Position numbers and translations under genes: made by a program
Assembly: GCA_001724265.1 (NCBI GenBank)
Contig: MEDY01000449.1
Span: 1-32,475, forward strand
Direction: 5' to 3'
Length of the DNA stretch: 32,475 nucleotides
DNA from: Rhizaria sp. SCN 62-66
Taxonomy: Eukaryota
Shown: positions 22,118 to 30,900 of the stretch, piece after piece
Position numbering within the stretch: position 1 is the first letter of the stretch
Layout: each line of letters opens with the position of its first letter
The notes under the pieces: model-generated
The model's database searches: none
What the model saw: only the letters and a program-made list of their open reading frames with translations
Told to the model about the DNA's origin: nothing

Positions 22118-23715
22118 TTAAAAAGCAAAGACGAGGACGGCGACGGCCGCGATGGCAGCCACAGTCATCGAGACAACAGCAGCAGGACCAGAAGGAGCGG
22201 CGTTGACGCAGAACTTGCTGTCGGCGCAGGTGGCAGTCCAGCAGTCGCCGTCAGCAGAGCAGATCTTGTTAACGTCGCAGGCCGCACACTCGCCGCCACC
22301 GCAGTCGACGTCGGTCTCAAGCTAAACGAGGAGAGTGAAAGAAAGAAAAGGAAGTGAATGATAAGGTCAAAGTGAACAGTTGATGGGTGAGAGTGAGATC
22401 GATACATAATCACAGTCGACCGCAACAACGCATTAATACAGTAGAACATGATTCAGAAACATGTCATGGTTGAGATGTGATAAGACATGAGCCGCGACGT
22501 ACGCCGTTCTTGATGCCGTCGTAGCAAGTGCCGGGGATGGTGACGGCGGCGATGACGGTGCTGTTGGAGGCGACCTCGTAGGCGGTCGGGATGTAGGACG
22601 CGAAGTCGGCCTGGAACGAAGTGCTGCTCATCATCGACATGGTCGACGCCTGGGTCTTGTCCATCGAGGGGCGGGTGAGCATCACGAGCGTGAGCGCGCC
22701 GTCCTCGTCGCCGTCGTGGTGCTTGACCTCAACGCCGGCCGCCGCGGCGGCGTGCACGTGCTCGCCGGCCTCAACGTAGGTGGCGGAGGAGATGATGGCG
22801 GCGGCGAAGCAGGGGATGCCGTCCATGCTGTGCACGGCGAAGAAGACCGTGGCGGCCAGGCGCAGCGCGAACGAGGTGCGCTTGTCGGTGTTGAGTACGA
22901 CGCTGTAGGTCGCGCCGGCGTAGGTCGCGAGCTCGGACGAAAACGTCGGCGTGGCGGCGCTGCCGGCAAAGAGCGAGTTGAAGGGCTGGGAGGCGCCGCC
23001 GGCGACGTAGTCGATGGTCGCCACGCCGGGCTGCGCTGCAGGGGCGTTGAGGCGGCAAATGAGGTTCAGCACAGCGTTGGCGGCGATGTCGACAGAGGAG
23101 GTGACGGTGACGCCGGCGAAGATGGGCGCCGCCGCGTCAGCCGTGGCCAGGAACGCCACGCCGGCCTTGGACGCGGCCGCGGCCTCAGCCTCGGCGACGG
23201 GTAGCTCGGAGGACACGGTGGTCCACTCGTCCTGGATGCTGGAAGACGAGGGGATGTAGAAGTTCTGTGGGCCAGCGGCGGACCAAAAAATTGAAAGGAG
23301 TAAAACATTATGAAAAACTAGGTGAGTGACATTTCAAGTCAATTTTAAGTCAACATGTTGTTTCGTACAAGGGGTCATCAGAGATGTGGTGTGTTGAGTG
23401 CGAGTGGCTGAGAAGTTACTGAAACAAAATTTGATGATGACGTACATCGCTGAGGTCGAAGCTGCGGGTCTCGAACGAGAGCTTGCACGAGATGTCACCA
23501 GCAGTAGGGTTCGCACTGGAGAACTCAGAGGGCAGGAGCATCATGACACCATCGTTCTTGGCCAGAGTTGCAGCAACAGACGCGGTCGCGGAAGCAGTGA
23601 ACGTGATCTTCTTGGCACCCATCGTGGCGTTGGACAGGAAGAAGGACGGGGTCCACTCAGTGGCGCTGGCAACGGCACAGAGAGCAGTCATGGCAACGGT
23701 AGCAAGAATGCGCAT
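22118..23715 (-). CDS. Surface protein paralog B (411 aa); 3 exons (23715-23446, 23264-22503, 22321-22118)
   Basis: Signal peptide MRILATVAMTALCAVASA. Spliced C-terminus PGTCYDGIKNG|LETDVDCGGGECAACDVNKICSADGDCWTATCADSKFCVNAAPSG..AIAAVAVLVFAF-TAA. Both GTACGT introns are phase 0. Confidence 0.87.
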
Positions 23716-25161
23716 GCGGGGAAGCTAAACAGAGCATCAGAGAGCGAAGGAGAAGGCGATGAGAGAGCATGACGAAGGCTGGATGAGTAGAACCCGAAGA
23801 GAGGCTGTCTCGGATCCACAAAGTGCGGGCGTTAAAGCGCCGGATTAGAAGATATTTCAGGGTAAAACGATCAAATAACAAGTAAAATGCCCAATACAGT
23901 CAAACAACTTCCGGGTGATGCGGTATAGAGGCGCCTATCTGATGACTAATGCAGTCATAACAGGATCTTCCTAGATCCGTGCGAACAGGTTGCGCGGTCT
24001 GCGATGTAGCCGGCGATTTGGTGGCTGAAACGGGACCCTTAAAAGATTTCCAAATTATAAAGCATACATAAATGCTAGATACCAATTAAAATAGCAGTAT
24101 TAGCGATGTTAGGACTGATGATGGACCGTTAAAACTCGGCGCAAATCGACTCGTGGTACCACGCACTGCGCCAGTCAGCCCTGGCCCAGCCGACCGTGGT
24201 ACGGCGGCCAGGCTCAACGGCTCAATGATGCCATTTAAACGTAAAGCTGCACAAACAGACTCAAGTAGAGACATGTAGAGCTATGAATGTCGATGAGAAG
24301 CATGAGAGATAAACAGTAGTGTATCTTCGAGTTCAAAATTTGGGCGTCCGCGATAGAAACCGAGATCCGATGCGAAACACTCACGCACTTGGTTCTTATA
24401 CTTGTACATATGTACTTGCAGGCAAACAACACACAGAACTTGCGCTTCAACAGCAGTGAAATGCTCACCCCATACGGCTGAAAACGCAAATAAATGACGT
24501 GTCTGGTGTGGATGTGTGTAGTTTGAGACGCGCAGTGTAAACAAGCATAATGAAAAGAAAATTGGAAGCAATATGAATGATGTGATAGAATAGAGGAAAC
24601 ATGAACTTGAGGGAATGAGTACGTACATCAGATACATGTAGTAGTCAATGACAAATGACAGAAGACAGGTGACAAAGTGACAATCGGGAGTGCGATGTAC
24701 TTAAATCAAGACGTTCACGAAAAAAAGTAATTAAAATCAACAACAAGCTACAAGTTTTGGAACTCATGAATCGAAATGAACTTGTAGTGTTGCGAGAGAG
24801 TGCCAAACTAAAATATACAGTGGCAGTCAGGGACAGCGATGCCAGGTGGTGCGAGTAAGTACGGGTCGGGCGACAGGCTTGAGCGAGGAGTATAAGAGTC
24901 GGTGTTGTTGTTGTCGTCCATTTCGAGCGCTGTCGTTGAGCGGCAAGGAATTGCGTGGAATTGCGATCAGGCATCATTCAACGAGAGCAGCGAGGATACA
25001 GACGGCCGAGAACTCGCGAGTACAGTATCTTGATGTAATCGATGACCCAAATGAAGCTCGACAATAACAAACAACAAACACACAAGCACAGCGCCGCGTG
25101 AACAGTCAGACAAACGCCACCGTGCGCTGTGAAACCAGATAACCCTCAAACACACAGCTGC

Positions 25162-26271
25162 TTAAAACGCAAGGGTAGCAAGCACAGCAACAAGAGCGGC
25201 GATGACGACGGCCGTGGCGCCCGAGACGGCCGCGGCAGCGTTGGTGCAGCGGTCCTTGCTGCTGCACAGAGCGGTCCAGCAGTCGGAGCCGGTCGCGCAA
25301 GTCTTGTCCTGGGCGCAGGCGATGCACTGGCCGCCGCCGCAGTCGACGTCCGTCTCCAGGTTGTCAATCTTGCCGTCGTAGCACTGGCCAGGAACCTCCG
25401 TGGCGCTGACGGAGACTTCGTCGAGCTGCAGGTTGAGGAGCGCCATGACGTCGTAGAGGTTGTTGAGCATGGCGTTGCTCTCGAGGTACGTGATGACCTG
25501 GGCCTGCGTGTGGTCGTCGGACGGGATAAGCTGCATGGTGACCGTCAGCGTGCTGGCAGAGGAGGGGTAACCGGACTTGGTGGCGTCGTAGAAGACGGCG
25601 GAAGAGATGCCGACAGAGCGCAAGTACAGGCGGTCGTCGGAGTCCGCGATCGTCGCGAAGAAGCCGTTGACGGCGTAGTAGAGCGTCCACGTCGTGCCCG
25701 TGGTCATGCTAAAGACCATGGAGTACGCGGCAGCAGGGATTTCGAGCAGCGAGTCGGTGACCGTGACGGTCGAGGCGGCCGAGAGGTAGACGCCGTTGTA
25801 GTTAGGTCCGTTGCCAGCGGAGACGCTAAGCGAGTAGTCGCCCGACGCGGGCAGATTCAGCCGGCAGATAACGTACAACGGCGTACCGGCGGGCAGCGTC
25901 AGGGCGCTGTTGACCGTGACGCCGACGGCGTACACCGTCGCCGACTCGATCTCCATCGTCATCCCTACAGCCGGGTAGTACTTGTCGGTCGGGTAAGAAT
26001 AGCTGCGCGTGGAGTTGGAGAGCTTGCAGTTGACGGAACCGAGGTTGGCGTTGACTGACTGGAACGCCATCGGCAGGCGCATAATGATGGCTTGGTCGCT
26101 GGCAATCTGGATCTGCGCCGAGTCGAGCACGACCGCGGCCGAGAGGTCGACCTGCGTGACCATCGCGGTGCTGTTCGAGAGGCGGAAGTCCGCTGTCCAC
26201 GTATCGGTAGCCTTGGCCAGCATGGCCGCCGCAAAGAAGGAGAGCAGCAGGAGAACTGAGCTAAGCTTCAT
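25162..26271 (-). CDS. Surface protein paralog C (369 aa), intronless
   Basis: Signal peptide MKLSSVLLLLSFFAAAMLAKA from ATG 26271. Contains CKLSNSTRS, ICRLNLP and PGQCYDGKIDNLETDVDCGGGQCIACAQDKTCATGSDCWTALC. GPI-like tail NAAAAVSGATAVVIAALVAVLATLAF-TAA. Confidence 0.9.
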   Translation of the reverse strand: MKLSSVLLLLSFFAAAMLAKATDTWTADFRLSNSTAMVTQVDLSAAVVLDSAQIQIASDQAIIMRLPMAFQSVNANLGSVNCKLSNSTRSYSYPTDKYYPAVGMTMEIESATVYAVGVTVNSALTLPAGTPLYVICRLNLPASGDYSLSVSAGNGPNYNGVYLSAASTVTVTDSLLEIPAAAYSMVFSMTTGTTWTLYYAVNGFFATIADSDDRLYLRSVGISSAVFYDATKSGYPSSASTLTVTMQLIPSDDHTQAQVITYLESNAMLNNLYDVMALLNLQLDEVSVSATEVPGQCYDGKIDNLETDVDCGGGQCIACAQDKTCATGSDCWTALCSSKDRCTNAAAAVSGATAVVIAALVAVLATLAF

Positions 26272-27212
26272 CAGATGACTGACGGAGTTAACAAAAAGTA
26301 GCCAGGCACAAAAGACGATGATGAGAGTGAGGATAAGCGCGCGCAAACGATGCAGAGAAGAGAAAGGGGTGAGGACAAGGAAGGCGGGAAATGAGAAATT
26401 CACAACATAAAAGTCAATTGAGATGCATTTTACCACAACAAATATAGCATCACAGCAGTGTAAAACTGGGGTATGTTGTTCTGTTTTGAGAGGTGCTGAT
26501 TTTATGAGCACACAATAAGATTGTTTGAAGAGTCCCACGCAAGCAAGATGCCAACGCGTTGACAAATTGGATGCAAGATTCACACGTGTCCCCTCAGTTA
26601 ATCGCAGTGTTATTAACAGGCAAAATATATCATGTAAGCGAAAGTCTACATATGAGTCACAAATGCCCAACCTATGTGTTGATGTCGCAATACAACCCAG
26701 GAGACTTTGCTCTTCAAAAAAGCGGCAAAATGTGCGCCTCGCTGGAAGCAAGGCCATGTCAGGGTTGTGGACAAGATTTTCGATATAAATACCCAACTTA
26801 CGCAAAAATTAAAATGACGGTAATTTAATATACTCCCAGTTTTATAACATTTTACTACGAGGTCATGCATAATAAACATGGTTTGCGCGAGATATCACAA
26901 TACTAATTCAGGATGATAGTGTCGTTTGAAACATGTTACTGTACAACTTGAAAACAACACTAGGTCGATATAAATGCATGTTTGGACAATGTTGAACCGA
27001 GAGTGACTTGCATAAAGGAGCCAACACGGACACATTCAACATGTTGTGCAATGGAAACATCCTGACAAGAATGATTCGTCAGAAGATTTTGAAAACAAAG
27101 ACTTGTGTGCATGAGTGGCGTTGACTTCGGTCTACTTGTCGTGCCGAAGTCGACGTGATGAATTAGATCATCAATGCATCATTTGCTTTGGGAAATTTGA
27201 TACTTAAAACAC

Positions 27213-27650
27213 TTAGCGTAGCATAGAGCTGTCTCCGAATAGAGCAACGGCTATCGGATAGCAACTCCTGACGCACACGTTATCTTCGGAGCCTGTTGCG
27301 GACCACCAGTCGGCGCTCTAGCCTCATGTTTGGCCAAGTTGCAGCCGAAACAGGTGCTGCCACCGCCGTCAATGTCGGTCTCTAGATCGTTGAGTTTTCC
27401 GTCGAAGTAGGTACCCAGGAGAGCATTCCAACCTCGCTGAGCGTACCCTCCGGTTTCCGCACGACGACAAGCTTGAGCCCAGATTCCAATGAATCAGCAA
27501 CGGTAGCGCCGGTATGAGTGCCCAACATACAGCGGATAACTCGCACTTGTTATGCTGCAACTTATAAGCATATTAACTCTTGCTGTACGACATGCTCTGC
27601 AATCTTGACTATCTCGCTGTAGAGTGGTACTGATGTATACTTTTTCTGCG
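27213..27650 (-). pseudogene. Decayed fourth copy (paralog D) of the surface-protein family
   Basis: Minus strand 27415-27329 reads GTYFDGKLNDLETDIDGGGSTCFGCNLAK. After a frameshift, 27317-27270 reads SADWWSATGSEDNVCV (cf. A: GTCYDGKMDGFESDVDCGGSECYACNLNR..SSDCWSGVCSDAKFCV). Weaker upstream echoes: HTGATVADSLES (C: HTQAQVITYLES), SITSASY and VYISTTL (A: LYLATTL). The upstream boundary is approximate. Confidence 0.78.
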
Positions 27651-27996
27651 GTGCAGCGGAGATATCTTCGTGTGATAGAAATAATAACAATGAGTATCGA
27701 TTTAAAAAAGATTGACACATGCTTTATTTGAAAAGATAACTTGATTGATGATACAATCTTGTCTATTTGTGCTTTCTGACATGCGACTACAAGTCGTTGC
27801 TGTAACAGCATAGTCGCTTGATCACCAACGAGAGCGACTTCGCGACCAGTCTCCGAGGCTATTTTGAGCTCGGTTTTAGTCTTGCCAACATCCGTCAATA
27901 ACGATTTACGCACACATTTCTTTGTTAAATCTGAGCTAACTGTACAAATTCGATTTTCATTTTTAAGCCAGTCTTTTTTACCGCGTGAAGAAGCTT

Positions 27997-30900
27997 ATGA
28001 GTGCAACCCGCTCTCTGCATGTGCTTCGGCACTTGCGGACAGCTCCCTTGCGCTCAGGACTACTTCATTCACACCATCCGGGTGTTGCTACACTGCAACA
28101 GATCCTCGCGGTGCGCTCTAGTGTTGCGTTGACGCCGACTGACAGGTACGTTTGTTTGACATATTGTTTTCTGTCCTTCAGTCACAGCCTTCTACCGCCC
28201 CCACACTCATGTTCTTCGTGCCTTCAATTCTTTCCATATCTTTTTCAAATCGCAAGCGCAACGCGTCCCGCATTCGGTACTACAAGCGCTTATGTTAAGA
28301 AATGTGTGCATGCTGCTGCATTCCTTCCCTCGTCGATTTCACTCCACACGAGTCTCGCCGCGCCCCTCTCTGCCACTGCTGCCCCCCTCGTCGTCTCCAC
28401 GTTACCCCGCTCCATCCTCTCTCTTCCAAGTCGTTCTTTCGCTTCAGCAGCACCTCCCACGCCACCCACGTCTTTATCGATGGTGCCGATGTTTGCCGCA
28501 GGCTCCGCGCGCTTCTCCGCGTTGCTGCCACCGACGGCGACGGCCGCGCTGGCGCTGGACATGCCGGCCGCGCGCCCGCGCTGCGCGTGCTGCGCGGCCC
28601 CGCTGCAGTGCGCGCGCCCCGCCGCGCCAGGCTTCCTGCCGCGCGCGCGCCTGCACCTTGCGCTTGCCGCCGCGGCCGCCGCCGCGCCCGCCGCCGCTTC
28701 TGCCGCTGTCGCCGCTGCCGCTGCCTCTGCTGCTGCTGCGCGTGTTGGGGCACGCGCAGCGACGGCCGCGGACACGGCCGCAGGCAGCAGCGGCAGCGGC
28801 AGTGGCAGTGGCAGCGCGAGTGCGGGTGCGGGTGCAAGTGTGGGTGCTGTTGGCGTCGCGCCCGAAGGAGACGAGATGATCCAGTTGGCGCGGCCTGCGG
28901 TGTGTCTCTATTGCCAGCAGCAGCAAGCGCAGCAGCAACTACAGCCACGCCATCAGCAGTTCCCGCAGCGGCAGCGAATCGACGTCTCTGGCCATGCACA
29001 GCGCCGTGGTGACTCGTACTTTGACATGTTTCACATCAAACGGCGGTTTCTCTACTTGCGCCCACCAGTGGCTGTGCAGAGCCACGACGCAACTGCGAGC
29101 TTTGCCGATGCATCTGCGTTGACTGTCCCCGCCATCCATACTATTCCGGCGCTTCTGGGTAGCAAAACCTTGCATGCGGCCTACCTTCTGGACACGGGCG
29201 GCTTGCATTTGGTCACGCAGCCACCCGGCTACGGCAAGACGGCCTTCCTCTCGCTGGTCGGCGTCACCGGGACCGCGCGCGCGGCCGCGGTGATGACCGC
29301 GTTCCTGCTGCGGGAGCCCTCGTTTGCCGCGTTCGCCGATTGCAGCAGCGCAGAGACGCGGCACGCGGTGTATGCGTCGACGCTGAGGCACAACAGCACA
29401 CGCCATGACGCAGCTGCAACTGCGGCACCCCAACAGTCAGATTTGGACTCCGCCTCACAGTCAAATCTGTCCCAGTCTCAGTTGCGACCGCAGTCGGCGC
29501 TGCCGCCGCAGCAGGGGAGGCTGCCTCTCAAGGCCCACGCCCCCGGGGGCGGCTCACTCGACGCGATTCACGCAGCGCTCGCGGTTATTTTATCGCACAA
29601 TAGCAACCACAACACAAACACGCACTCAACCACAAGCCAGAGCGACAGCTGCAGCGCGACTCTCGACAGCACAGCTGACAGCGGCAGTGATACTCGCGCC
29701 CTCGCTGTCGAGCGTGCGCGCGCAACCGTGCGGGACGCCCACGCTCTCCGCGTCGCCGTCGCCTCCGCGCTGGCGGCCGCGCGCCCCGCCGCCGCCGCCG
29801 CCTTGCCGCCGCCGGCGGCCGCGGCGAGTCCGCTGGTGGTTGCGCACTCTCCGGCGCACTCCGCGGCGCACTCCGCTGCGCACTCCGCGGCGGCGGTGCA
29901 AGAGGGCACTGCGATGGACAGCTCTCTTGCTCGGAGCAGCGTCACATCGGCGTCCGACGCCGCCGAGGCTGCCGATGCGGCTCAGACGAAACCTGCCAGT
30001 GACAATGTGCAGCCACACAATTCTGCTAGTTCTGCCTCTGTGCCCGCTGTTGATACGACTTCTGCTGTCACTGCGCCCTCGGCCGCTGCGGCCGCCGCTG
30101 CGGCCGCCGTGGCCGCCGCGACCGCCGCGGCCGCCGCTGCGATGGCGTTCGCGACGGACGTCAGCGGGCCCGCGCGCCCGCGCTTCGGCGGCATCGCGCT
30201 GCCCTCCCCGGGCCACCGCCCGGTGGCAGCCACCACTGTCGTCGTCGCCGCCGCCACCGCCCCGACCGCCGCCGCCGCTGGCGGTGCTGGCGGTGCAGCT
30301 TACCCCGCGATGGTGCGGCCTCGCGCCGCGCCGATCGAGAGCGCTCCCGCGCAGAGCGCCCCCGCGCAGTGCGGCCCCGCGCACAGTCTGACGACGCCCG
30401 GCGACGACTCCTTCTTCGCTGCCGCGACCGCTGTTGGCATGGCGCACGATGGCTCACCGCCGCACAGCCAAGGCGACGCAGCAGCGGCGGCAGCGACAGC
30501 GCGCGCGCCCTCACACGCGCACGCGCACGCGGGGGACGCGTACCTCCTGCGCGCGGCGGGCGGACAGCCGCGTCTCTTCTCGGCGCCGGGCGGCTTCGGC
30601 ACCGCGGCGGCTCCGCTGCGGCCCCCCGCGCTGCAGGTGCCGGTGCAGACGGCGCTGGGACCCAACGCGCTGCTCATGCAGCAGTGGAAGCCGCTGCCCG
30701 CCAATGCCATTCCGCCGCCCGCGTTCGTGCCCACGCCCGCGCCCAGGTCCGCGCTCGCGCCTGCACCATCCAGCCCCTCCGTGGCAGCGCCCGCTGCACC
30801 GGCGCCGGCGGCCGCTGTCCCCGCCGCGCCTGCGCAGAGCAGTGGCGCGAGTGCAGCGGCCTCTGACGGGGCCGCGCTCGGCGGCCACTACAGGCGGGCG

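Noticed and set aside
25129-26058. 309-aa plus-strand ORF
   Set aside because: Antisense shadow of surface paralog C.
26272-26805. 178-codon N-terminal extension of paralog C in the 547-aa track ORF
   Set aside because: The sequence is AT-rich and lacks the codon bias. Homology to A and B and the signal peptide start at ATG 26271.
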